DNA from: Deltaproteobacteria bacterium
GTDB lineage: Bacteria; Myxococcota; JACRCW01
Assembly: GCA_016218805.1 (NCBI GenBank)
Contig: JACRCW010000023.1
Location: forward strand, 1-46,608
DNA length: 46,608 nt
Direction of reading: 5' to 3'
Under the pieces are notes generated by a model, which did no database searches, had not been told where the DNA came from, and saw only the letters and a list, made by a program, of their open reading frames with translations. A program made the position numbers and the translations under genes. Positions 32,842 to 41,679 of the stretch are shown piece after piece. Numbering within the stretch: position 1 is the first letter of the stretch; the number at the start of each line of letters is the position of its first letter.

Positions 32842-34148
32842 TTCCGGCGCGCCCGCGCGGATTCAAGCGCTTTGGATAGCGTGGCTTCAAAACCGTTCTC
32901 TGACGGCGTGACGTACCGCCGGCCGCGCAACGCGTCCGGCAGGTATTCCTCCGGCGTGTAATTGCCCTCAAAGTTGTGCGGGTAGCGGTAGCCGGCGCCG
33001 TAACCCAGGCCCTTCATCATGGACGTGGGCGCATTGCGCAGCTTCAGGGGCACCGGCAACGCCCCCAGGTCCACCACGTCCTTGCGCGCCCGCGTGTACG
33101 CCGTCAGTGCCGCGTTACTCTTGGGCGCACTGGCCAGGTACGTCACCGCCTGCGTGAGCGGCAGCACGCCCTCCGGCATTCCCACCAATTCAAATGCATT
33201 CAATGCCGCAATGGCCACCTGCAACGCCTGCGGGTCCGCGTTGCCCACGTCCTCCGACGCGAAAATCACCATCCGGCGCAGGATGAAACGCGGGTCTTCG
33301 CCACCCTCCAGCATGCGCACCAGGTAGTACACCGCGGCGTCCGGGTCCGTGCCGCGCATGCTCTTGATGAACGCGCTGACAACGTTGAAATGCTCCTCCC
33401 CCGCCTTGTCGTAGAGCAGCACCCGGTGACCCAGCGCCTTCTCCACCGTCTCCACGTCCAGCCGGCCGCCCTGCCCCACCGTCTCCGCCGCCACCTCCAG
33501 CACCGTCAGCGCCCGCCGCGCATCCCCCATGGACGCTTCCGCCAGCGTCTCCAGCGCCGTGGGGTCCACGTCCAGGGCCAGCAGGCCCAGCCCGCGGTCC
33601 CGGTCCTCCAGCGCGCGCCGGCACACGCGCACCAGGTCCTCCACCTCCAGCGGTTTCAGCACAATGACACGGCAGCGGCTGAGCAGTGCGGCGTTGACCT
33701 CAAAACTCGGGTTTTCCGTGGTGGCGCCCACCAGCGTGACGGTGCCCTTCTCCACGTGCGGCAGCAACGCGTCCTGCTGCGCCTTGTTGAAACGGTGGAT
33801 CTCGTCAAGGAACAACACGGTCCGCTGCCGGTGCAGCGCGCCCCGCTCCTCCGCGCGCGCCACCACCTCGCGGATCTCCTTCACGCCCATGGAGACGGTG
33901 GACCACAGCTCCACCTCGGCGTTGACGGCGCCGGCCAGGCAACGCGCCAACGAGGTCTTCCCCACGCCCGGCGGTCCCCACAGGATCATGGAGAAGATGT
34001 GGCCGCTGTTGAGCGCGCGGCGCAGGACGCTGCTGGCGTCCAGGACGCGCTCCTGGCCGACGACTTCATCCAGCGTGCGCGGCCGCATGCGCTCCGCCAG
34101 CGGCGCAAAGCGCTGCTCAGCCTGCGCGGCCGCGCGGAACAGGTCCAT
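32838..34148 (-). CDS. rarA: Replication-associated recombination protein A (MgsA/RarA)
   Basis: PLAERMRP, WGPPGVGKT, FLDEIHRFNKAQQD, GATTENPSF, SAFIKSMRG, ASEDVGNADP, PKSN. Confidence 0.96.
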   Translation of the reverse strand: MDLFRAAAQAEQRFAPLAERMRPRTLDEVVGQERVLDASSVLRRALNSGHIFSMILWGPPGVGKTSLARCLAGAVNAEVELWSTVSMGVKEIREVVARAEERGALHRQRTVLFLDEIHRFNKAQQDALLPHVEKGTVTLVGATTENPSFEVNAALLSRCRVIVLKPLEVEDLVRVCRRALEDRDRGLGLLALDVDPTALETLAEASMGDARRALTVLEVAAETVGQGGRLDVETVEKALGHRVLLYDKAGEEHFNVVSAFIKSMRGTDPDAAVYYLVRMLEGGEDPRFILRRMVIFASEDVGNADPQALQVAIAALNAFELVGMPEGVLPLTQAVTYLASAPKSNAALTAYTRARKDVVDLGALPVPLKLRNAPTSMMKGLGYGAGYRYPHNFEGNYTPEEYLPDALRGRRYVTPSENGFEATLSKALESARARRK

Positions 34149-34247
34149 GACGTGGAAGTGACCCCACGCGTGTCCCGCGTGCAAGGGAATCACCTCCTCC
34201 GCGGAGGGCAAGACGCGCCCGGCAAGGTGGGGCGTGAGGTCAACCGC

Positions 34248-37200
34248 TCACAACGGGGGTGCGCACCGTCCGCCCAGGCACCGCCAGCCATTGAGGCAGT
34301 CGTCGTCGGCGTCACAGGCGATGGCGCGGCACAGGCCGCCCACGCACTGCTGGCCCTGGAGGCACTCGCTGTCCATGGCGCACCGCGCTTCCGCGCACCC
34401 GCCGTCCGCACCGGTGGTGCAGACGCCGGACTGCTGGCACTGCCCGTTGAGGCACACCTGGTCCAGCGCGCACTGGAAGGACGAATAGCAGCCACCGACG
34501 GCGACGCACCTGTTCCGGTAGCACGCATGCTCGGGCGCGCAGTCCGGATCAATCTGGCACTCCGGTGCGGCGCTGCACAGGCCAAAGTCACAGATGTCAC
34601 GCGGACAGGTGGTGGACACTCCGCCGTCGGGGCCGGGGCAGGTGGCGGGGGCGCTGCAGCCCTCGTCACGCTGGCAGTTGGCGGAGGGGAACGGCACGCA
34701 CGCACCGTTCCAGCAGATCTGGCCGGCGGTGCAGTTCCCGTCAGCGGTGCACTGCGTCCCGTGGCAGGAGTGATCCGTCCCGCAGGTCAGGGCCAGGCCA
34801 AACCACGTGCAGTCATCCGTGGACGAACAGAACAGCGGCGGGAGGCACCGGCCGGGCACAGCGGGGTTGGGCGGCGCCGCCGGGATCTCACCGTGGCACT
34901 GCCAGTTGCGATTGCAGGTGGTAGTGGCGTCACAGAAGTACGGCTGGCACGAGCCGCTGTCACAGCGCTGGCCCTGCGGGCACTCCTGGTCCGCCTGGCA
35001 GTCGGGGATGGGGAGGCACAGGCCATTGCAGTACGTACCCGCGGGGCAGTCCACGTCGGCGGCGCAGCCGCGCACGGACTGGCACAGGCCGTCCACGCAC
35101 GCGTGGTCCGCGGTGCACTGCGCGTCTGACGTGCACGCGCTGGGCGTGGCGCAGTACCCCAGCATGGGGTTGCACACGGCGCCGGACAGGCAGTCCGCGT
35201 CAGACGCGCAGCCGGAGGTGGGCACGCACGCGCCGCGGAAGCACTGGCTGCCCGTGCCGCAATCACTGTTGGCCACGCACGTGGTGATGTCGCCGCACAC
35301 GCCGGCCACGCACTGCCGTCCCACGCCGCACTCGGAATCCACCACGCAGGCGGCCACGCGCACGCATTCGCCCGCCTGGCAGGCGTCACCCAGTTGGCAG
35401 TCCACGTCGGTGGTGCACGGAGCCACGGCCCAGCAGGTGGCGGAGAAGCACCGGTACCCGGCGTGACAGTCAAAGTCCGTCTCGCACTGACGCGCGGGCT
35501 GGCAGAACCCGTAGTTGCAGTGCTCATTGGCAAAGCAGTCCGTGTCCGCCGCACAGCCGGGCGCGGGCAGCGGCGTGCACAGGCCGGCCAGGCAGCCTTC
35601 ACCCAGGGCGCAGTCCGCGTCCGCCACGCAGCCGCCGGGCACGGTGCACACGTGGTTCACGCAGGTCCGCCCGTCGGCGCATTCGTTGTTCTCGCCGCAC
35701 CACCAGGTGCCCACGCAGCGCGCGGCCACGCAGCTGAACCCGTCCGGGCACAGCGCCGTGGTGCTGCACGCGGTGGGCACGCACGTCCCGTCATCACAGC
35801 GCTCACCGGTGGCGCAATCCGCGTCCGAACCGCAGTCCGGGATCTGCAGGCACAGGCCGGAGGCGCAGTACGTCCCGGCAAAGCAATCCGCGTCGGTGAA
35901 GCAGTACTCGTACGGCTGGCAGGTGCCGCCCAGGCAGAACCCCAGGATCCCGCACTCGGCGTCGTTGGCGCAGCTCAGGCGCGTCTCGCACCGCCCGGTG
36001 GACAGGCTGCACATCTGCGTGGCCGCGCAGTCCGCGTCCTGCTGGCAGCCGGTGCGCGGGCGGCACAGCCCGTCAAAGCACCGCTCCGTCGCCGTGCACT
36101 GCGCATCCGTGGTGCACCCGGTCCCGGCCACGCACCGATCCACCTCGCACACCTGCCCGGCCACGCACTCCTGGCTGGAGGCGCACGGGCTGCGCGGCAC
36201 GCAGCGGCCGGCCGCGCAGCGCTCGTCGGACGGGCAATTCCCGTCAATGGTGCACTCGGGGATGGGCTCGCACACGTTGTTGGTGCAGCGGCTGCCCGCG
36301 GGGCAACCGGTCCCGCAGCTGGCCGGCGTGCACGTCCCGCCCACGCACACGCTCCCCGCCAGGCACGTCACGGATGACGAGCACGCGGTGGTGGACTGAC
36401 AGCCCGTCTCCGTGCAGCGCTCGCCCGCCGCGCAGTCAAAATCGCTGCGGCAGTCGCTGAGAATGCGGCAGTAGCCCAGCTCACACACCTTGGTGGACGG
36501 GCAGTCCGCGGAGGTCTGGCAGCGCGGCAGGCCAAAGGGCTGGCAGGTCCCGGACAGGCAGATGCTGCCCTGCACGCAGTCGGTATCCACGGTGCACTCC
36601 GGGCTCACCGCCTGGCACAGGTGGTTCACACACACGGTGCCGGGCAGCCACGCGCAGGCCGCGTCCTCAAAGCACAGCGCGCGCGGCCAGCACCGGGCGC
36701 CCGCGCACTGGTAGTCCATGGCGCACTGGGAATCCGTGGTGCACGTGGACGCCTGGCACTGGTCCCACTGGCAGGAGCGTCCCGTGTCACAGTCCGCATC
36801 CGTGGCACACGTGGGCAGCGGCGTGCAGAACCCGTCCGCGCAGTACGTCCCGTTGGGGCAATCCCCGTCGATGTAGCAGCCCCGCAGGCGCTCGCAGCGG
36901 TCACCCACGCACACGCTGCCGGTGGGGCATTCCAGGTCATTCCCGCTGGGGCACGCCACCACCGGCCCGCACGCCTGCACGTACACGTCGCAAACCTCGC
37001 CGGTGGGACACGGCCGCGTGGCGTCGCATTCGCCCGCCGTCACGCACAGGCCGCGCAGGCACTCCTGGCCCGCAGCGCACGGTTGCGTGGCGTCGCACGT
37101 GGTGCCGGCCGTGCACTGCAAGCCATCGCAGCGGAATCCCAGCCCGCAGTCCTCGTTGATGCGGCACTGCCCGGTGAACACGCACGTGCGCTCGCCCTGC

Positions 37201-38879
37201 ACCGTCTGGCAGGCGTCCCCGGGACGGCAGTCCGAGCTGTCCACGCACCCCGCGTAGTTCACGCACCGCGCGTTGTTGTCGCAGTAATAGCCCGCCGGGC
37301 AGTCCTCCCACGTCTCGCATTCGCCGCGCGGCGCGCAGTAGCCCCACGTGCAGATCTCGTGAGACAGGCAGTCGGTATCCACGGCGCACGCCGGCAGGCC
37401 CAGGGGAATGCAGCTGCCGCCCCAGCACGCCGTGCCCACGCCGCACTCCGCGTCGGTGGTGCAGCCGCCGCTGACCTGGCAGCGGTAGTTGATACAAACC
37501 TGGCCTTCAAAGGGGCAGTCCGGGTCCTGCTGGCACTGCAGCGGCGGCAGGCAGCGTCCCACCGCGCAGGTCCACCCGTATGAACACTGCGCGTCTGACG
37601 TGCACAGCGTGGGCTGGCAGAACCCGTTGTCACAGCGCTCGGTGGCGCCGCACTCCGCGTCGGTGGCGCAGTTGGACGCGGGCACGCAGATGGAGCCCTG
37701 GCACTGCAGGCCCGCCGGGCACTCCTGGCCCAGCGCACCGCACGGGTAGATGGCCTGGCACAGCCCACCCACGCATGCGCCGCCCGGCTGGCATTGCGCG
37801 TTGGCGGTGCAGCTGCGCGCGGGGCGGCATTCGCCGGCGGTGGGATCACAGAACGAGCCGGTGGGGCATTCGTCGTCGGACTGGCAGGTGGTGGAGGGCG
37901 CGCAGGTCCCGCGCACGCAGTTGCCCAGCGGGCGGCACTCCAGGTCAGAGGTGCACCCCGCGGCGGGTACGCAGCGCTGCTGCAGACACACAAACCCCGC
38001 GGAGCAGTCCTGTCCGGTCACGCACGCCGCCACAATGATGCAGCGGCCCTCCAGGCAGGCTTCGCCCGGCGCGCACGCCGCATCCGAGGTGCAGGCGCCC
38101 GTCACGCGGCACACCCCGTCCACGCATTCCTCGTCTGAGGCGCACGGGGTGGCGGGACACGCGGGGGGCGTGATGCAGCGGCCGTCCTGGCAGCGCTCCG
38201 TGGCCGCGCAGTCCCCGTCCAGCAGGCAATCCGGCGCGGACACGCACAGGCCGCCGGCGCAGCGCTCGCCCGCGCCGCATTGCGCGTCAGAGACGCAGTC
38301 CCCGCGCGGCACGCACGTCCCGCGCGAGCACACCTCATTGGCACCGCACTGCGTGTCGCGCGTGCAATCCGTCCCCAGCGGCGTGCACGCACCGCCCACG
38401 CACGCCTCCGTGGCGGTGCAATCCCCGTCGGACGAGCAGCCGCCCGCGGCGGCCGTGCAGTAGCCGGCGGTGCACGCCCAGGTGACGCCGCTGGCCGCCG
38501 GGCAATCAGCAGGGACGCTGCAGGGCGTCAGCGCCACGCAGGTGCCGCGGGCGCAGTCAAAGCCCTCCGGACACGGCCGGTCACTCCCGCACGCCACGGG
38601 CACGCAGCTGCCCAGCTCGCATTGGGTACCGCTGGGACAGTCCAGATCCTGCAGGCACACGGTGACCACGCCGCCGTCATTGCCGCCGGATGATGAGGTG
38701 GTGGCCGCTGAGGAGGAGGTGGTGCCGCCGCTGGACGCCGTGTTGCCGGACGATGACGACCCGCCGCCACCGCCGCCGTCGGTTTCGGTCCCCGGGGGAT
38801 CACGTGAGCAGCTGCCCCCGCAACCGGACACCGCCACCACGCCCACCAGCACCGCCCACTGCATGCGACCCAGCACCAT
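34248..38879 (-). CDS. Giant Cys-rich repeat lipoprotein (~61 four-Cys modules)
   Basis: Lipobox VAVSGC, Ser/Gly linker, then continuous C-x(5)-C-x(5)-C-x(4)-C modules to the stop. Start is ATG 38879 or 38864. Confidence 0.9.
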   Translation of the reverse strand: MVLGRMQWAVLVGVVAVSGCGGSCSRDPPGTETDGGGGGGSSSSGNTASSGGTTSSSAATTSSSGGNDGGVVTVCLQDLDCPSGTQCELGSCVPVACGSDRPCPEGFDCARGTCVALTPCSVPADCPAASGVTWACTAGYCTAAAGGCSSDGDCTATEACVGGACTPLGTDCTRDTQCGANEVCSRGTCVPRGDCVSDAQCGAGERCAGGLCVSAPDCLLDGDCAATERCQDGRCITPPACPATPCASDEECVDGVCRVTGACTSDAACAPGEACLEGRCIIVAACVTGQDCSAGFVCLQQRCVPAAGCTSDLECRPLGNCVRGTCAPSTTCQSDDECPTGSFCDPTAGECRPARSCTANAQCQPGGACVGGLCQAIYPCGALGQECPAGLQCQGSICVPASNCATDAECGATERCDNGFCQPTLCTSDAQCSYGWTCAVGRCLPPLQCQQDPDCPFEGQVCINYRCQVSGGCTTDAECGVGTACWGGSCIPLGLPACAVDTDCLSHEICTWGYCAPRGECETWEDCPAGYYCDNNARCVNYAGCVDSSDCRPGDACQTVQGERTCVFTGQCRINEDCGLGFRCDGLQCTAGTTCDATQPCAAGQECLRGLCVTAGECDATRPCPTGEVCDVYVQACGPVVACPSGNDLECPTGSVCVGDRCERLRGCYIDGDCPNGTYCADGFCTPLPTCATDADCDTGRSCQWDQCQASTCTTDSQCAMDYQCAGARCWPRALCFEDAACAWLPGTVCVNHLCQAVSPECTVDTDCVQGSICLSGTCQPFGLPRCQTSADCPSTKVCELGYCRILSDCRSDFDCAAGERCTETGCQSTTACSSSVTCLAGSVCVGGTCTPASCGTGCPAGSRCTNNVCEPIPECTIDGNCPSDERCAAGRCVPRSPCASSQECVAGQVCEVDRCVAGTGCTTDAQCTATERCFDGLCRPRTGCQQDADCAATQMCSLSTGRCETRLSCANDAECGILGFCLGGTCQPYEYCFTDADCFAGTYCASGLCLQIPDCGSDADCATGERCDDGTCVPTACSTTALCPDGFSCVAARCVGTWWCGENNECADGRTCVNHVCTVPGGCVADADCALGEGCLAGLCTPLPAPGCAADTDCFANEHCNYGFCQPARQCETDFDCHAGYRCFSATCWAVAPCTTDVDCQLGDACQAGECVRVAACVVDSECGVGRQCVAGVCGDITTCVANSDCGTGSQCFRGACVPTSGCASDADCLSGAVCNPMLGYCATPSACTSDAQCTADHACVDGLCQSVRGCAADVDCPAGTYCNGLCLPIPDCQADQECPQGQRCDSGSCQPYFCDATTTCNRNWQCHGEIPAAPPNPAVPGRCLPPLFCSSTDDCTWFGLALTCGTDHSCHGTQCTADGNCTAGQICWNGACVPFPSANCQRDEGCSAPATCPGPDGGVSTTCPRDICDFGLCSAAPECQIDPDCAPEHACYRNRCVAVGGCYSSFQCALDQVCLNGQCQQSGVCTTGADGGCAEARCAMDSECLQGQQCVGGLCRAIACDADDDCLNGWRCLGGRCAPPL

Positions 38880-38978
38880 GTGGCACCTCACGCCCACCGC
38901 AGACACCGGGGGCCTCTCACGGACACGCCAACCACCCCCGGATGGAAACACCGTGCCGAGTGCGAAGTCACGCGGCAC

Positions 38979-40847
38979 TCACCGGACGGTGACCACCAGC
39001 GCATCCCCTTCATCCGCCAGGGACAGGACGGATCCGCCCCGGTTCACGGGCAGTTGCGCGCTCCCCTGGACCTCCCGCCCGTCCCACGTGACGCGTCCGG
39101 ACGAACTGGTGGCCAACTGTGCCACCCGTGCACCGGCCCCCGCGTCACGCAGCGTTACCGTCAGGAAACGATCGCTCCCGAGGATGAACCGCAGCTCCTG
39201 GGTGCCCTCTGGAAGCGCCAGGCGGCCCTGCAGTGCGTCCATGACCTGCGCCCCGTTGAGGACCACGCGAATGCGGCGGTGCGCGTTGAAACGCATCCCC
39301 GTCTGCGGAGGCAGGCCGGGAGAGGCGGGCAGCACCAAGGGCAGCGCCGCCGGTGTGGGCGCGGCGGCCGCGGGGGGCCGGACCGCTGCAGCCGCAGCGG
39401 GGGTGGCGGAGGCAGGGGCAGCGGGCTCGGGCGGCGGTGCGGGGGTGGCGGCCGCGGCAGCCGGTTCCTCATCCCTGGGTGTTTCCGCGGGGATGCGCGC
39501 GCGCGGCCGCGCGCGCGGCGTGCGCTCCACAGCGGGGCGTTCCCGGGGTTCCGCGGCGCGCGGTGCAGGGTCAGCCGGCGCGGCGGGCGCTTCCGGGGGA
39601 GGATCCGCATGCGGCGGTACCGCAGCGGGCCACCAAGCCCACGCCAGCCCGGCTGCAAGCCCCAGGGCCCCGGCCGCCACCCATGCGGGCCCCGCGCCCC
39701 GGGAGACCACCAGGCCGCCCGTGGAGAGCTCCTCAAACGCCGCTGCCGCCACCGCCCGCCCCCCCGGCGCGGACTCCTCCGCCGGCCGGCCGGCAGGCGC
39801 TCCCAGCAGCTGTGCCGGGTTCAGTGACGGTTGGGTCTGCGGTGGTGACGACACGGGACGGACGGATTCGCGCGTGGGTGTGCCGCGCGGGCCCCAGGAC
39901 GGGTCCGGCGGAGCCAGCCCCAGCGACGACAGGTGGGCCGCCAGCCGCAGCTGCCCCGGTGGCGGCAGCGTGGCCGCGCGCAGTTCCTCCAGCAGGGAGA
40001 CCACCTCCGCCGCGGACGGAAAACGGTCGCGCGGTTCGCGCATCAGGCAACCCGCCAGCACGCGTACCAGCGCGGGCGGGAGGTCCGGCCGCAACTCCGT
40101 GGGCGGGCCCACTTCCGCGCGCTTGATGCGGTCCATGACCTTCAGCGCGTCCCCGTCCTCGCCAAACGGGTGTTGCAGCGTGCACAGCTCGTACAGCACC
40201 GTGCCCAGGGAGAACAGGTCGCTGCGCTGCTCCACCGCCTCGCCGGACGCCTGCTCCGGGGACAGGTAGGCAATCTTGCCTTTCAATGACATTTCACCCG
40301 TCTGGTACTGCACGCGCGTGGCGCCCTTGGCCATGCCAAAATCCGTGAGTTTCACCTCGCCCTCAACGGAAACCAGCACGTTCTGCGGACTGATGTCACG
40401 GTGCACCAGGTCCAGCCGCGTGCCGTCCGGCTTGCGCCGCGCGTGCGCGTACCGCAGCGCCAGTGCCACCGCGTGGGCAATGTGCACCACCTCCGGCAGC
40501 GGCAGCTGGACGCCGCGCGCGCGCTGGGCGGTGAGCACCGCCTTGAGGTTCACGCCGTGCACGTATTCCAGCGCCACGTAGGGCTGGCCGTTGATGGCCC
40601 CGTGATCCAGCAGCTGCACAATGTTCCCGTGGGAGAGCAGCGCCGCGCAGGCGGCTTCGCGCGCAAACATCCCCACCGCGTCCGCGTTGGTCACCAGCTC
40701 CGGGCGGATGCGCTTGACCACGCAAAGCCGTTCAAACCCGGGGTCCGCACCCGGCGCACCGCGGTCAACGGCCAGGTAGACCTCGCCCATTCCGCCGGTG
40801 GCCAGCAGGGACTGCAGTTCGTATCTGCCAAAGGCCTGCCCCGCCAT
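38979..40847 (-). CDS. Membrane Ser/Thr protein kinase with Pro/Ala linker and extracytoplasmic beta domain
   Basis: ATGGMGEV, VVKR, VHRDISPQN, DFGMAK, GKIAYLSPEQ, SDLFSLG; TM segment WVAAGALGLAAGLAWAWW. Confidence 0.92.
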   Translation of the reverse strand: MAGQAFGRYELQSLLATGGMGEVYLAVDRGAPGADPGFERLCVVKRIRPELVTNADAVGMFAREAACAALLSHGNIVQLLDHGAINGQPYVALEYVHGVNLKAVLTAQRARGVQLPLPEVVHIAHAVALALRYAHARRKPDGTRLDLVHRDISPQNVLVSVEGEVKLTDFGMAKGATRVQYQTGEMSLKGKIAYLSPEQASGEAVEQRSDLFSLGTVLYELCTLQHPFGEDGDALKVMDRIKRAEVGPPTELRPDLPPALVRVLAGCLMREPRDRFPSAAEVVSLLEELRAATLPPPGQLRLAAHLSSLGLAPPDPSWGPRGTPTRESVRPVSSPPQTQPSLNPAQLLGAPAGRPAEESAPGGRAVAAAAFEELSTGGLVVSRGAGPAWVAAGALGLAAGLAWAWWPAAVPPHADPPPEAPAAPADPAPRAAEPRERPAVERTPRARPRARIPAETPRDEEPAAAAATPAPPPEPAAPASATPAAAAAVRPPAAAAPTPAALPLVLPASPGLPPQTGMRFNAHRRIRVVLNGAQVMDALQGRLALPEGTQELRFILGSDRFLTVTLRDAGAGARVAQLATSSSGRVTWDGREVQGSAQLPVNRGGSVLSLADEGDALVVTVR

Positions 40848-41040
40848 GCGCGCTCCATAACAGAGCCCCGGGTGCGCCGGAACGGTTGGTGCGACGCTGC
40901 CTGAAGTGCCTGGAGAGTGATGCGATTGGAACCCGGCTCACCGCGCCAGGTGCCGCGCCCAAAGCCCACGGCGGATTGCCCCGCGCGCGTGGTGCGCAAC
41001 GCAGGGGCCGTTCTGGGTGCGTGACGCCGTTGATACTCAA

Positions 41041-41064
41041 GGGGCGCGCGACCGGGCGCGCCCC
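41041..41064 (-). terminator. Possible terminator hairpin after rpsT
   Basis: GGGGCGCGC-N6-GCGCGCCCC, 6 bp after the stop; weak U-tract. Confidence 0.4.
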
Positions 41065-41070
41065 ACCCGC

Positions 41071-41424
41071 TCACTTCTTGGCGGGCTTGGCCGTCTTGGC
41101 CTTGGCAGCGCCCTTGGCGGGCTTGCCGTGATGCTTGTGATGCGTGTCCGCCTTCAGCTCGCCCCGGGCGGCCTTGTTGGCCAGCAGCTGCAGGCGGCCA
41201 ATGCGGCGGGCCACGGCGCGCTTGTGGAACACGCCCTTGGTGCCGGCGCGCGCCAGCTCAACCTGCGCCAGCTTGATCGCGGCGGCAGCCGTGGCCGGGT
41301 CGGCCTCGGCAGCGGCACGCGCCGCCTTGATCGCGCTGCGAACCTCGCTCTTGAGCGTGGTGTTGCGCGCATTGCGCTTGGTGGTCTGGCGGTGACGCTT
41401 TTCTGCGCTCTTGTGGTAGGCCAC
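41071..41424 (-). CDS. rpsT: 30S ribosomal protein S20 with C-terminal extension
   Basis: MAYHKSAEKRHRQ, RNARN, KSEVRSAIK, KGVFHKRAVARR; GTG start with AAGAGGAG RBS. Confidence 0.95.
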   Translation of the reverse strand: MAYHKSAEKRHRQTTKRNARNTTLKSEVRSAIKAARAAAEADPATAAAAIKLAQVELARAGTKGVFHKRAVARRIGRLQLLANKAARGELKADTHHKHHGKPAKGAAKAKTAKPAKK

Positions 41425-41470
41425 GGACTGCTCCTCTTATCGCGGGGACACACCCCCGAACGGGGCGCCG

Positions 41471-41499
41471 CTCTTACGTGGCCCCACATGGGAAATCAA
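41471..41499 (-). promoter_or_regulatory. Candidate sigma70 promoter for rpsT
   Basis: Minus-strand TTGATT-N17-TAAGAG, about 45 bp upstream of the start. Confidence 0.5.
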
Positions 41500-41536
41500 G
41501 CGCGGATGCTCCATCGGCTGCTTGCAAGAAACCGCA

Positions 41537-41626
41537 GGGAGGACTCGGCTCCTGCCGAGCCGCTTGGGTTGCGCACGGCGCCAAACCGGCCCTTTGCACG
41601 GGGCTCGCCGGAAGGCGAGCCCTCCC
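41537..41626. repeat. Inverted doublet of GGAG-tagged REP-like palindromes (family 2)
   Basis: GGGAGGACTCGGC-TCCT-GCCGAGCC (41537-41561) and, inverted, GGGAGGGCTCGCC-TTCC-GGCGAGCCC (41626-41601). Confidence 0.7.
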
Positions 41627-41679
41627 GAACCGCAGGTCCACCGGTCTGGGTATGGCGGAGCAGCGCCGTCACAGGGGCA

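Noticed and set aside
30598..35129. Plus-strand ORFs of 650 and 717 aa
   Set aside because: Antisense shadows of the receptor, rarA and Cys-rich genes; no motifs.
38943..38958. Sigma54-like site (CGGCACG-GTGT-TTCC, minus strand) before the giant lipoprotein
   Set aside because: It lacks the conserved GC at -12; too weak to call.
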